Shown piece after piece: positions 1-13,319 of a stretch of 64,000 nt of DNA; position 1 is the stretch's first letter, and each line of letters starts with the position of its first letter. The position numbers were made by a program, and so were the translations under genes. The notes under the pieces were generated by a model. It worked only from the letters and a program-made list of their open reading frames with translations. It was not told the origin of the DNA and ran no database searches. The stretch is from positions 5,890,001-5,954,000 of the forward strand of contig NW_027139442.1 of NCBI RefSeq assembly GCF_035084215.1. Direction: 5' to 3'. The stretch comes from Heptranchias perlo (Eukaryota).

Positions 1-19
1 TAAATGATTAATCTCACAC

Positions 20-1276
20 TCACACACAGTGCCAGAGACTTATAGTTACAGATTCAATTCCGCAAACACTTACAGTACCAGAGACTGAGAAATACAGCAT
101 GTATCCCACACTCACACACAGTACCAGATAAAGAATGAATCCCACACTCACATACAGTACCAGATAAAGAATGAATCCCACATTCATATAGAGCACCAGA
201 TACAGAATGAATCCCACAATCACATACCGTACCAGATACAGAATGAATCCCGAATTCACATACAGTACCAGATACAGAATGAATCCCACATTCACATACA
301 GTACCAGATACAGAATGAATCCCAAATTCACATACAGTACCAGATACAGAATGAATCCCATATTCACATACAGTACAAGATACAGAATGAATCCCACATT
401 CACACACAGTACCAGATACAGAATGAATCCCACATTCACATACAGTACCAGATACAGAATGAATCCCACATTCACATACAGTACCAGATACAGAATGAAT
501 TACACATTCACACACAGTACCAGATACAGAATGAATCCCACACTCACACACAGTCCCAGATACAGAATGAATCCCACACTCACACACAGTACCAGATACA
601 GAATGAATCCCACATTCACATACAGTACAAGATACAGAATAAATCCCACATTCACACACAGTACCAGATACAGAATGAATCCCACATTCACATACAGTAC
701 CAGATACAGAATGAATCCCACACTCACATACAGTACCAGATACAGAATGAATCCCACACTCACATACAGTACCAGATACAGAATGAATCCCACATTCACA
801 TACAGTACCAGATACAGAATGAATCCCTCACTCACACACATTACCAGATACAGAATGAATCCCACACTCACATACAGTAACAGATACAGAATTAATCCCT
901 CATTCACATACAGTAACAGATACAGAATTAATCCCTCATTCACATACAGTACCAGATACAGAATTAATCCCACACTCACACAGTACCAGATACAGAATTA
1001 ATCCCACATTCATGCACAGTTCCAGATACTGAATGAATCCCACACTCACACACAGTACCAGATAGAGAATGAATCCCACATTCACATACAGTACTAGATA
1101 CAGAATCAATCCCACATTCTCATACAGTACCAGATACAGAATGAATCCCACTCTCAAATACAATACCAGATACAGAATCAATCCCACATTCTCATACAGT
1201 ACCAGATACAGAATGACTCTCACACTCACACATAGTACCAGATACAGAATGAATCCCACACTCACACACAGTACTC
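20..1276. repeat. 36-bp tandem minisatellite (GTACCAGATACAGAATGAATCCCACATTCACATACA), ~33 copies
   Basis: Unit read directly; produces 12-aa periodic spurious ORFs (STRYRMNPTFTY). Confidence 0.95.
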
Positions 1277-1381
1277 GAAACTAACAGATGCAGAATGAAT
1301 TGGCAGAATGAAAGGGCTGCCCGTATATTCTGAACTCGGAGCGGATTTTGGTTGATGCTGTGTCTGAAATTGAATTTGAAA

Positions 1382-1751
1382 ATGTCGGTGAAGAAAACAC
1401 TTCCTAAGAAGGGCAACAAAAAACGGTGAATAAATCGCCATCAAAGGCAGCAAGAAGCGAAGAAAGTCGAGGAAGGAGAGTTACTCCATCTGCATCTACA
1501 AAGTGATGAAGCAGGTTCACCCCGACACCGGCATCTCCTCCAAGGCCATGAGCATCATGAACTCCTTTGTGAACGATATTTTCCAGCGCTTCGCGGGTGA
1601 GGCTTCCCGCCTGGCCCATTATAATAAACGCCACGCCATCAGCTCCCGGGAGATCCAGACCGCCGTGCGCCTGCTGCTGCCCGGGGAACTGGCCAAACAC
1701 GCCGTGTCGGAAGGGACAAAGGCGGTGACCAAGAACACCAGCTCCAAGTAA
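1382..1751 (+). pseudogene. Histone H2B pseudogene
   Basis: ATG 1382 with H2B-like 5' UTR (TCTGAAATTGAATTTGAAAATG) reaches TGA at 1427; H2B core continues in another frame to TAA 1749-1751 with substitutions (YSICIY, FQRF, TKNTSSK). Confidence 0.9.
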
Positions 1752-1779
1752 AACTCCACAACGTACTGAAAAAAACAAC

Positions 1780-1795
1780 GGCTATTTTAAGAGCC
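1780..1795 (+). other. Degenerate histone 3' stem-loop of the H2B pseudogene
   Basis: GGCTATTTTAAGAGCC (one stem mismatch versus GGCTCTTTTNAGAGCC); no purine-rich HDE follows. Confidence 0.8.
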
Positions 1796-3068
1796 GCCCA
1801 CAGCACTTATGTCGTCAATTTATTCATTCCGATCATCATCCTTTGAATCTGGTGGGGAAATTGAAAGAAAGTCAGTGAAACTCCCCCATTTTAATGTTTG
1901 TCTCTGTAGAATATACTGCCCAATAAAGTGAACACGGGTCCGGGATTCGTTCAATTCCCTTTTGCTTTGCTCTCGCTCTCATTCAGATTTACACCGCCCC
2001 CGGATTTCCCGTTAACCACCACTTTCAGGGCTGAGAATCAGAATTTAGTTACTTCCTCTTTCTCACTGTGGAGCGAGTCTCTGAAATAATAAATTACTGA
2101 TCTTAATATCCCGCATATAAGCAACACGTTCCCTGCAGTGTAACAATCCGGAATGAACGCCTTGGGGAAAAGAATCGGCTCATTTTAAGGCTTCGTCAAT
2201 GATTCCGTTTTCAGGACACACGGTTCCTGTTCAGTCCCTGCAACGGAATCAATCGATAACCTGTGATTTGTTACTTTTACAGGTAGAAGTGAAATTTGGG
2301 GTTTAATTCCGCAAGTTAGAGACAATATATTTTTGAAACAGGGCCAGGAATTTTGGACGTGTAATACGGAATAACATTATTACAAAGAGATTTTAAGTCT
2401 TTGTGTAAAAACGACATGGCCGAGTAAATTCACTTCTTTCATACACTGAAATTGGCGGACTTTTTCAAAATTTAAAAAAATCGGTCAATTGAGGCCACTC
2501 ATTTGCTCCGTTTCTTAATTTCGTCTCTCCGATTGGTTAAGGAAATTAGTTTTCAAGCAAAGCAACCAATGAGAAGTAGTCTGTTTACAGCTGGTTTCGA
2601 CAGTTGGGCCTGTGGTAATTCCAGGTCCCCAATGACTGAGCTCAAACTGTTCAATTTCACAAACCCTCTCAGTATCAGTGTCAGAAACAACCGTCAGAGG
2701 GAAAATCCATATCACAAGCTGGGCCCTTATCACAGCGGCTCAGCTCAACCTGTTCTCCCATGGAAACCCCCGGTCCCACATCACAACATCTGACTGATAA
2801 ATAGAACCAAAACAGAGCGAATGGAGTGAAGGAACAATTCACTGAGTGGGGAATTCGGCTCGGGGTAAACTCACTTGTAACGTTCCCTGGACAATTCAGT
2901 GCACTCAATGAGGGAAATTTTCCTCAGTAACCGGTGCAGCTCGCCGCCGATACCACGTTACGTTACTGTATGTTCCAGAAAACTCCTTATAATAAAAAAA
3001 CGAATCCGTAGCCCCATTTAACTCCGCACCAGTTCCCAAGTCATTGCTCTCTCTGTGAGGCCGTGGGT

Positions 3069-3084
3069 GGCTCTTAGAAGAGCC
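3069..3084 (-). other. Histone 3' stem-loop (H4)
   Basis: GGCTCTTCTAAGAGCC followed by ACCCA and a GAGAGAGC HDE on the minus strand. Confidence 0.95.
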
Positions 3085-3119
3085 TTTGTTTTGTGTCCGG
3101 TTGGAAATGGTCGAGTCGT

Positions 3120-3440
<321 letters not shown>

Positions 3441-3960
3441 TCACTCAGATCGCTGCTGAATGAAAAACCCTCGCCTTTCTTCTGTATTTATAAAGCCCGC
3501 CCCGACCTGGTTGAGAAAGGCACATTATCGGAGAGGGCGGGGAGGAGTGTTTGAATGACAGACAGAGCATGAAGTGCGGGAGGGGAGGAGACTGGCTCAG
3601 AATGACGGACAAGCGGACGTGCAACTTTTAGCTCCGCCTCCAGGAATTAGTTATGGTCCTTTTTAAAATTTTCACCAGTATCAAATGCGTAACATAAATT
3701 CGGACACAATCATTACAGACTCCGGCTCGATATTCAAGGATTGCTCGAAAAAAAAGGCGGAAAATACAATTTAAATTCAATAATTGAGGCACACTACAGT
3801 TCCAATACAATCACTATCATAACAGAATCAATCAGTGCCGCTCCGGGACCGTTGGAAGAGGGAGTTTTAGTTTTCAGATTTGTAGCTGACAGGAGGCGCC
3901 CAATAGTTCAATAAACATAAATCGGTGTGGAAAGCACTCTATACCTTTCCGTGCTTGGGT

Positions 3961-4755
3961 CAGTATGGGACTGGATAGAATCAGGCACTGGGATGGATGG
4001 AGACTGGTCCTGTGTGGGGACTGGATAGAATCAGGCACTGGGATGGATGGAGACTGGTCCTGTGTGGGGACTGGATAGAATCAGGTACTGGGATGGATGG
4101 AGACTGGTCCTGTGTGGGGACTGGATAGATTCAGGCACTGGGATGGATGCAGACTGGTCCTGTGTGGGGACTGGATAGATTCAGGGACCTGGATGGATGG
4201 AGACTGGTCCTGTGTGGGGACTGGATAGATTCAGGCACTGGGATGGATGGAGACTGGTCCTGTGTGGGGACTGGATAGATTCAGGGACCTGGATGGATGG
4301 AGACTGGTCCTGTGTGGGGACTGGATAGATTCAGGCACCGGGATGGATGCAGACTGGTCCTGTGAGGGGACTGGATAGATTCAGGCACCGGGATGGATGC
4401 AGACTGGTGCTGTGTGGGGACTGGATAGATTCAGGCACCGGGATGGATGCAGACTGGTCCTGTGTGGGGACTGGATAGATTCAGGCACTGGGATGGATGG
4501 AGACTGGTCCTGTGTGGGGACTGGATTGATTCAGGGACCGGGATGGATGGAGACTGGTCCTGTGTGGGGACTGGATAGATTCAGGTACTGGGATGGATGG
4601 AGACTGGTCCTGTGAGGGGACTGGATAGATTCAGGTACTGGGATGGATGGAGACTGGTCCCGTGTGGGGACTGGATAGATTCAGGTACTGGGATGGACAG
4701 AGACAGTTCCTGTGTGGGGACTGGATTCAAGGACTGAGATGGACAGAGACTTGTC
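3961..4755. repeat. 50-bp tandem minisatellite (CTGGATAGATTCAGGCACTGGGATGGATGGAGACTGGTCCTGTGTGGGGA), ~15.5 copies
   Basis: Units start exactly every 50 bp from 3971 to 4721. Confidence 0.97.
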
Positions 4756-4794
4756 CTTGGCCACTTTGTGAAGCGGAATCATAAAACTTCGCAA

Positions 4795-5098
4795 CCTCAG
4801 CGTCCAATTTACCCTGAGATAAGCATCTGACCCCATTTCCGCTCCACCACCAAGACCGCCAACTTCCACCTCCGAAACATCGCGCGTCTACTCCCCTGCC
4901 TCAGCTGATCTGGTGCTGAAACCCTCATGCACGCCCTTGTTACCTCCAGACTTGGCTCTTCCAATGCTCTCCTGGTCAGCCTCCTATCTGACGCCCTCTG
5001 CAAACTTCAACTCCTCCAAAACTCCGTTCCCCTATCCTAACTCCTACCAAGACCCGTTCACCTATCACCCATGTGCTCGGTAACTTACATTGACTCCC
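4795..5098 (+). mobile_element. L2-clade LINE ORF2 C-terminal fragment (decayed)
   Basis: Translates as KTANFHLRNIARLLPCLS*SGAETLMHALVTSRL..SNALL..LP...LQLLQN...ITHVL.NLH*LP, the L2 post-RT region. Confidence 0.8.
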
Positions 5099-5209
5099 AT
5101 AAGTTTAACCGCTGTAGCGATGTAATATATTAACGTAGACCGTGGATAACTGTAATCAATAGGTCAGTCTCTTCAGACAGTAACCAGCCCTTTCATAGAT
5201 ACAGTGGGT

Positions 5210-5225
5210 GGCTCTGAAAAGAGCC
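5210..5225 (-). other. Histone 3' stem-loop (H2A)
   Basis: GGCTCTTTTCAGAGCC-ACCCA with GAAAGGGCTG HDE on the minus strand. Confidence 0.95.
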
Positions 5226-5255
5226 TTTGGGTTATCAGATTAAATCTTAGCTGCT

Positions 5256-5801
<546 letters not shown>

Positions 5802-6596
5802 TTATTCACCAATCAATAGCCGGCAATGAGAAAAAGGCGGAAAATACCGAACTGAACCGTTTTATTGAATTTTGAAAAGCCCGCCAATATATTTGTAACA
5901 CAAGAAGCGGATTAAGTAAATTATGTCGCCTTAAGACAAAGATTTAAAAATCTCTCTCCTTTTACTCTGTTATTCCACATTTCCAGTCACAACTTCCAGA
6001 ATCTTTTACATTCCGGTTAGAAGTCGCTTCATTCACCGTTCGCTTTCAATCCGGCGGGAATAAAGTCCCATTTTGTAACGGGACAGATCCCAGCTCAATC
6101 TTTGTAAAAGGAACAAACCACAGATTGTGGATTGATCCCTGTTCACAGGAGCTGCAGCGCGATCGAAACCGGAGCCGAGACTCCTGGTGTAAGAAGTCGA
6201 ACAGTGACAGAGCCTTTAGACTATTCTGCAGTCGGTGTGAAGTCCCTTTCAGGGTTGTTGCTTTAAAGAGGATTGCGGTTCTGAAAGTGATATTCCCGAA
6301 TAATGAACAAAAAAACGTGAAAAGGAGAAATAAATGACCTTAAAACGGCTCTGAAGGGGCAGATGCGGGGGAAGGGGCGGAATATGACCGGGAACGAGAG
6401 GATCAGGGACACGTTTTTGGTTATTGAAACTAAATAAAACAACGACAGAGATTATACCGGGCAGTGATTATGAGAATCTACCAGATTTCAAGTGAAATTC
6501 CAAAAGCACAAGTTAGAGAGACAGTGAGTATCAAACTATCGACAGTAAAATGATTCCATAGAGGTGTTGGTACAGTTTTTCAGAGAGACTGTGGGT

Positions 6597-6612
6597 GGCT
6601 CTGAAAAGAGCC
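6597..6612 (-). other. Histone 3' stem-loop (H2B)
   Basis: GGCTCTTTTCAGAGCC-ACCCA on the minus strand. Confidence 0.95.
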
Positions 6613-6648
6613 TTTGTGTTTATTTTCTTTTCAGTATATTGAGGAGTT

Positions 6649-7023
6649 TTACTTGGAGCTGGTGTACTTGGTCACCGCCTTTGTCCCTTCCGACACGGCG
6701 TGTTTGGCCAGTTCCCCGGGCAGCAGCAGGCGCACGGCGGTCTGGATCTCCCGGGAGCTGATGGTGCGGCGTTTATTATAATGGGCCAGGCGGGAAGCCT
6801 CACCCGCGATGCGCTCGAAAATATCGTTCACAAAGGAGTTCATGATGCTCATGGCCTTGGAGGAGATGCCGGTGTCGGGGTGAACCTGCTTCATCACTTT
6901 GTAGACGTAGATGGAGTAACTCTCCTTCCTCGACTTTCTCCGCTTCTTGCCGCCCTTGGCTGGTGCTTTACTCAAGGTTTTCTTGGCGCCCTTCTTGGAA
7001 GCTGCTTTCTTGTCCTCAGGCAT
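6649..7023 (-). CDS. H2B: Histone H2B (124 aa)
   Basis: [12 protein letters not shown]...AVTKYTSSK; ATG at 7023; stem-loop present. Confidence 0.98.
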   Translation of the reverse strand: MPEDKKAASKKGAKKTLSKAPAKGGKKRRKSRKESYSIYVYKVMKQVHPDTGISSKAMSIMNSFVNDIFERIAGEASRLAHYNKRRTISSREIQTAVRLLLPGELAKHAVSEGTKAVTKYTSSK

Positions 7024-7074
7024 TTTCAAACTCAATTTCAGACCCAGGAATGACCCAAATCCGCTCCGAGCTCG

Positions 7075-7230
7075 GATTAAATAGGCAGCACCACAGCCCT
7101 ATGGTAATGAGGGATGGAGGAAGGCATTGATTGTGATTGGGTCATTCGTAGTGAGGTCACAATAATTAACTGTAACTCTCTGATTGGTTTCTTCAAATAT
7201 CCAATCAGATTTAATACCTGCCACCAATCA
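7075..7230 (-). promoter_or_regulatory. H2B promoter (TATTTAA, octamer-like site, multiple CCAAT boxes)
   Basis: TATTTAA 7077-7083, ATGGTAAT 7101-7108, CCAAT/ATTGG at ~7136, 7183, 7201, 7224. Confidence 0.65.
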
Positions 7231-7283
7231 CAAACACGCTCACACTGCTTGTTGTCCGGTTTCATCAATTTGTTCCGAACTGT

Positions 7284-7314
7284 TGCAGTTCTGATTCCGG
7301 CCAGTAGATGTCCC
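7284..7314 (+). promoter_or_regulatory. CTCF-like site with upstream TGCAGT module (paralogs at 12677, 18316, 31720, 36802)
   Basis: TGCAGTTCTGATTCCGGCCAGTAGATGTCCC matches the core plus upstream-motif spacing by eye. Confidence 0.55.
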
Positions 7315-7474
7315 CAAACCCCGGGTCATTGAAGTTTGCAGATGAGAGAGGGACAGAAGATAAACTCATTCTTCACATTATATTGCACGGGTGGGATTTC
7401 GAAAAACTGGGAATGGAAAACAGTTTGTTCGACAAAACATGAGTTGTAATGCTGTATTAAATGCTTGTAATTAA

Positions 7475-7795
7475 TGTTGGGGGTATAGCTTATACTGAGG
7501 AAGACTACGACAAAATACAAGAAGACTTTAATAAGCTTGCTGAAAGGCGGTGTAAATGGCCATTGAATTTCCATATAGAAAGGTGTGAGGTGGTGCATTT
7601 TGCTGGGGGGAATAAGGAGGCCAAACACTGCTTTGAAAATAAGAGTCTAAATGGGGTAGAAGAGCAATGGGATTTAGGGGTACAGATTGACAAATCTTTA
7701 AAAGTAGCAACACAGGTTGATAAGGCCATGAAATGCAAACACAGAGGTTTATTTCTAGAGGAATATATTTGAAAAGCAGATAAGTTATGTTGAAC
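7475..7795 (+). mobile_element. CR1 LINE RT C-terminal fragment (paralogs ~12890-13070, 18510-18690, 31910-32240, 36995-37175)
   Basis: GGIAYTEEDYDKIQEDFNKL...W..NF.IERCEVVHF...DLGVQIDKSLKVATQVDKA. Confidence 0.85.
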
Positions 7796-7799
7796 TGTA

Positions 7800-8480
7800 A
7801 TTTTAACTGTCAAACCTTCTGTCAAACTATTAAATCTTCCCTTTCTGAAATCCGTGCTGACTATTCTTTATTATATTTTCGGTTTCTGGATGCTTTTCTG
7901 TTGCTTCATTGAGTAAAAGATTCCATGATCATTCCTACCACCGACCTTTAGTTAACTGGTCCACAGTTCCCTGGACTTGTTCTATTTCCTGTTTCAAAAT
8001 ATAAGAATCACATCAACTGTCATCCAGTCCTCAGGCACTATTCCTTTCTGTAATGATTTTTTCTATATATGTAACAATGCCTCTGCTATCTCTTCCTTTG
8101 CTTCATTTAATAAGTGCAGATGCAATCCATCAGGATCAGGAGTTTAACCACCCTTTTTAACTTAAATGCCTTGATATCTTTATTGACCTCTTCCTCTATA
8201 TCATATTCACCCTGTTAATCTCCCGGGTAAATACTGAGGGAAAGTAATAATTCAATATTTCTGCCATTTCGCTGACGTTACCTGTGAGTTTATCTTGTCA
8301 ATCCCTTAGTGGCCCTCAAGATATTCTGATTTTCCTTCTGTTATTTCTGGCTCTGTACAATAATTTACGATTTCTTTTTATATTCCTTGATAATTTGATT
8401 TCGTGATTCCTGTTTGCTTCCCTAATTGTTTTTGTGACTTCTTCCTAACCTCTTCCTATTCGCTTTTGTCATCCTCTTAT
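7800..8480 (-). mobile_element. CR1 LINE ORF2 fragment, decayed (paralog ~32250-32920)
   Basis: Minus strand carries a remnant of the PGNYRPVSLTSVVG motif (AGTCCAGGGAACTGTGGACCAGTTAACTAAAGGTCGGTGGTAGG) and AEILN.YF-like segment. Confidence 0.7.
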
Positions 8481-8992
8481 TTAATATCTATGAATGAGAA
8501 ATTCCACCAGCTTGTTGTGTCTGTTCAGGGGCTGATGTTTGGGAACTGTTTATTGTCTTTGATTAAAGTGCCAGTAACCCAAAGGGAGCAATTCAGTCCG
8601 AAACTCCACAGGAACGCTCTATTTCTCCCTCCCAGTGAACTAAGGTGCTATGATGGTGAGTATCGCTCCCTTCCAAACAATTAATTCCAACAGGTTTGAA
8701 TCCCAGCACGCTGAATTCAGAAACACCAAGACTGGAACCGAATTTGATGATGTTCAGAGGGATAGTGTTTTCAAAACACAAACGAGTCTAATTTATATAA
8801 AAAAATATTTTTAAAATTCATTTATTTCCCCCATATCGTTGAATTTAACTCTGTTCCTTTGTATTATTATTTGCCCTGATCTGTACATTGGATACGGGAC
8901 ACAATTGCTCGGATTCAGTGAAATTAATTGATATTCTGAAGTTTTTCCTTCAGCTGATTCCCGTTCCTTATTTAAATTATGTCGGATTAACC

Positions 8993-9100
8993 TTTCTGAT
9001 CTATAGAAGGGTCATAGTCCTGAACCGTTAACCCGAGCTTCCCTTCTCCACAGATGCTGCCGGACCTGCTGAGCCTTTCCAGCATTTTCGGTTTGATTTT
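8993..9100 (+). mobile_element. Penelope-like terminal repeat fragment, degenerate (paralog ~33421-33525)
   Basis: GAAGGGTCA..CCTGAACCGTTAAC...CTCCACAGATGCTGCC.GACCTGCTGAG..TTTCCAGCATTTT resembles a common fish PLE end; hammerhead core decayed. Confidence 0.5.
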
Positions 9101-9469
9101 TTTCTGTATTTTTTCCCTTTCACTTTTGACGGTCGCCGTTGAAACTTGCAGATTTGCACTCAGTTTTTATTTGTGTTTCAGTTCGGTTTATTTGAATTAA
9201 TATAAATCGTCTCCTGAGAATTCAGACAGAAATATTGCGCAATGTAGAGTGAAATATAATGGGGCAACTTTCGAATGAGGAAAACAAAAACTTTATTCGA
9301 AATCAATTGTCTAATTTTTAACTGACAAAATTAGAAAAAGTACGGGAGTAGAAGTTACAGAGAGAAACTATTTCCTCACATTGCACATTGTCCTGAATCT
9401 GGAACAACGGCAGAGAATGTGAATTTGTTCCACTCAGTTACAGTTCTCACTTATGGCCAGTAGATGTCA

Positions 9470-10700
9470 GACTCCATGTGAGTGTGGCATTAATTCTATG
9501 TCTGTCATTCTCTGGTACTGTATGTGAGTGTGATATTCATTCTGTATCCGTCAGTCTCCAATACAGTCTGTGAGTGTGGTATTCATTCTGTATCTGTCAG
9601 TCTCTGGTACTGTGCGTGAGTGTGTGATTCGTTTTGTATCTCTCAATCTCTGGTGCTATCTGTGAGTGTGGGATTCATTCTGTGACTGTCAGTCTCTGGT
9701 ATTCTATTTCAGTGTGGGATTCATTCTGTAACTCAGTCTCTGGGCAAAGTGCAAGTCTGGATTCGTTCTCTATTCTTATTTCAGGTTAGAGTATGGTACT
9801 TGAAACTGTATGTTTAATTCATTAATGTATGCAAATCTTTCGTGCTGCATTAATTTGTAAATATTGATACACTTTTGGATTTTCTTTTAATCAAACAATG
9901 TGTGCGAGTTTTGTTGAATGATTACATCTTAATCTCCGTGAAGATAATGTGTATTTCAATCTTTTACTGTGAAATTATTGGACTGGTATTTATTTTGTAG
10001 CTCAGTCTGGGCGAATAGAATAATTATTGTATCTTTCAGTCTGACACTGTATGAGATTTTTGGACTGGTATGTAATGTGTGGTTCAGTCTGTACTAATGG
10101 AATTCATACTGTACCTTTCAGTCTGATACTGTGTAATATATTTAGACAGGTTTGTAAGGTGTAGTTCAGTCTGCACTAAAGGAATTGATACTGTATCTTT
10201 CATTTTGACACTGAATGTGACTTTTGGACTGGTATCTAATCTACACCTCAGTCTGCACTAATTGGATTGATACTGTATCTTCCAGTCTGAAAGTGTGTGA
10301 GATTTTTGTACTGGTATGTAACGTGTAGGTCAGTCTGTACTAATTAAATCAATACTATTTCTTTCAGTATGGTACTGTACGTGATTTCTGGACAGGTATC
10401 TAATGTGAACCTCCGTCTGCAGTAAGGGAATTGATACTCTGCCTTTCAGTTTGATAAATATGATTTTTGGACAGGTAACTAATGTGTACCTCTGTCTAAT
10501 GGGATTGATACTGTATCTTCCAGTATGATACTTTATGCAAATTTTGGACTGGTATATAATGTGTAGCTCAATCTGCAACAATAGGATTGAAACTGTACAT
10601 TTCATTCTGACACTATGAGGTTTTTGGACATATATGTGAGTGAAATATGGGTAACATCTGAACTGGTATCTAATTTGTATCTCAGTGTATAATATTGGCA
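9470..10700. repeat. Composite degenerate satellite: 46-bp units then ~82-bp units
   Basis: GTGTGGGATTCATTCTGTATCTGTCAGTCTCTGGTACTGTGTGTGA (9470-9790) and GAGATTTTTGGACTGGTATGTAATGTGTAGCTCAGTCTGCACTAATGGAATTGATACTGTATCTTTCAGTCTGATACTGTAT (9970-10700). Confidence 0.85.
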
Positions 10701-11104
10701 TGAATACTGCATCTTTAAACTCATAATGTGGTGTGAGTTGTGGGCTGGTATTTAATTTGAATCTCGGGGTACATTATTGTGATTCATTCTGTACCTATCA
10801 ATCAGTACCATGTGTCAGTTCTATCTGGTATTTAATTTGTAGCTAATTCTGATCTCATGTGAGATTAACACAGTGCCTTTCAATCTGATACTGGGTGTGA
10901 TTTTGGACTGGGAATTATTTATCTGCCAGTCAGCGGTATTGAGTCATTGTGAAATAGAAATTCCGTCAGTCTCTCCTGCTCTGTTTGACTGTTGGATTGG
11001 GATCAGTTTGGCATTGACTATTTCTGCTGTGTGAGACTGTGGGATTGATGACCTGTCTGTGTCTCTGTGCTCTGTGAGTGATAATATACTCACAGAGTAT
11101 ATTC

Positions 11105-12019
11105 AGAAAGATTGGTAGGGTGGTAAATAGCGAGGAGGATAGCCTCAGTCTGCAGGACTAAAGAGATGGGTTGGTCAGATGGGCGGAACAGTGGCAAATG
11201 GAATTTAACCCGGAAAAGTGCGAGGTGATGCACTTTGGAGGGACTAACAAGGCAAGGGAATACACAATGAATGGGAGGACCCAAGGCAAGACAGAGGGTC
11301 AGAGGGATCTTGGTGTGCAAGTTCACAGATCCCTGAAGGCGGCGGAACAGGTAGATAAGGTGGTAAAGAAGGCATATGGGAGACTTGCCTTTATTAGCCG
11401 AGGCATAGAATATAAGAGCAAGGAGGTTATGATGGAGCTGTATAAAACACTGGTTAGGCCACAGCTGGAGTACTGTGTGCAGTTCTGGTCGCCACACTAC
11501 AGGAAGGATGTGATCGCTTTGGAGAGGGTGCAGAGGAGATTCACCAGGATGTTACCAGGGCTGGAGCGCTTCAGCTATGAAGAGAGACTGGCAAGATTGG
11601 GTTTGTTTTCCTTGGAGCAGAGGAGGCTGAGGGGGGACATGATTGAGGTGTACAAAATTATGAGGGGCACAGATAGGATGGATACTAAGGAGCTTTTTCC
11701 CTTCTTTGAGGGTTCAATAACAAGTGGACATGGATTCAAGGTAAAAGGCGGGAGGTTTAGAGGGGAATTGAGAAAGAACTTTTTCACCCAGAGGGTGGTT
11801 GGAGTCTGGAACTCACTGTCTGAAAGGGTTGTGGAGGCAGGAACCCTCACAACATTCAAGAAGCATTTGGATGAGCACTTGAAATGCCATAGCATACAAG
11901 GCTACGGACCAAATGCTGGAATATGGGATTAGAGTAGACAGGGCTGATGGCCGGCGCGGACACGATGGGCCGAAGGGCCTCTATCCGTGCTGTATAACTC
12001 TATGACTCTATGACTCTAT
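11105..12019 (+). mobile_element. Young 5'-truncated CR1 LINE with 3' UTR and (ACTCTATG)n tail
   Basis: Open 253-aa RT C-terminal ORF 11171-11932 (WQMEFNPEKCEVMHFG...[19 protein letters not shown]); GGGCCGAAGGGCCT hairpin; 8-bp tail; absent from paralog at ~36160. Confidence 0.95.
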
Positions 12020-13319
12020 ACATACTGTGTGTGAGAAGGAGCTGGCTGCACTGTTCCTTGTGCCCCGGGTGGAGGAAACATCACACTAATTCTGGGCCCT
12101 TCAAGGATTTGCCTGTAGGAAGAAAAATTATCTCTTGTAAGTCAAGAACAGTTGAGGTAGAAAATACAAAAGTGATCAATTTAATCTCTCTGTTAATAAT
12201 CATTGTAATATCCACAAATGAAAACCAGCGATACAAACAGTGTCAGTGTCTGACTCCACTGCAGTACTGCAGCACTCAGCTTCTGCACACCAGGTAAGTT
12301 GGGCTGTTTTACAACAATTTAGTGACATCCAGACACAACCCAACACCTGCACTGATCCATGAATGGGACTACCCGATGGGGCGGAGACCTTTGCACATAT
12401 CAGATTTCTAATCCCCTCTCCCATGGGACTAACCGTTCAACCAAAACTAAACAGCCGCTGTTTAAAATGTGTCCTTCAAACTTCTCACCTGATGCCTGCA
12501 ATAGATGCTTTTTGTATAACTCCCCATATCCTTACTGTCCGGCTCTGTTTACTGTTCTATAACAAACACTAAAGGTTAATGGGCAGGTTTAAAAAAATCA
12601 GATTTAATACCTGCCACCAATCACAAACACGCTCACACTGCACATTGTCCGGTTTCAGCAATTTGTTCTGAACTGTTGCAGTTCTGCTTCCGGCCAGTAG
12701 ATGTCCCCAAACCCCGGGTCATTGAAGTTTGCAGATGAGCGAGGGACAGAAGATAAACTCATTCTTCACATTATATTGCACGGGTGGGATTTAGAAAAAC
12801 TGGGGATGGAGACGAGCTGCAAGTACATTTTGTTAGAGCAAACACTAGTTGTGATACTGTGTTAAATTCTTGTAATTTGTTTCGGAGATATAGTCAATAC
12901 AGATCAAGACTGGGACAAAATAAACATGCAGAACGGCCTTGTAAATGGCCATTGAATTTCAATATAGAAATGTGTGAGGTGATGCATTTCGCCAAGGGGA
13001 ATAAGGAGGCCACATACTGCATGGAAAATAAGAGTCTAAATGGGGTAGAGGAGCAATGTAAATCATCCTGAGAAATCAGAGAGAAATACTGTGCAATGTA
13101 CAGTGATATATAATGGGGCAAATTCACAACTATGGAACGAGTGAAACAAAAACTTTATTATGAATCAATTGTCTTCATTTTTCACCGTCAAAAAGTGCAA
13201 AAATACGAGAGTAAAAGTTACAGACAGAAACTTCCCTCACATTGCACATTGTCCTGTTTCTGGAACCACGACAGAGAATGTGAATTTGTTGCCTTATTAT
13301 AGTTGTCGCTTCCCGTCAG

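Noticed and set aside
20-1284. Long periodic ORFs in several frames
   Set aside because: Artefact of a 36-bp (multiple of 3) stop-free satellite
3961-4755. CRISPR-like regular repeats (also other 36-50 bp arrays)
   Set aside because: Head-to-tail tandem units with no unique spacers, no cas genes, eukaryotic context
5085-5098. L2 fragment ending at LH*LP while the 47868 fragment starts at LHWLP, suggesting one element split by 43 kb
   Set aside because: L2 fragments are abundant and no TSD or other link is visible; likely coincidence
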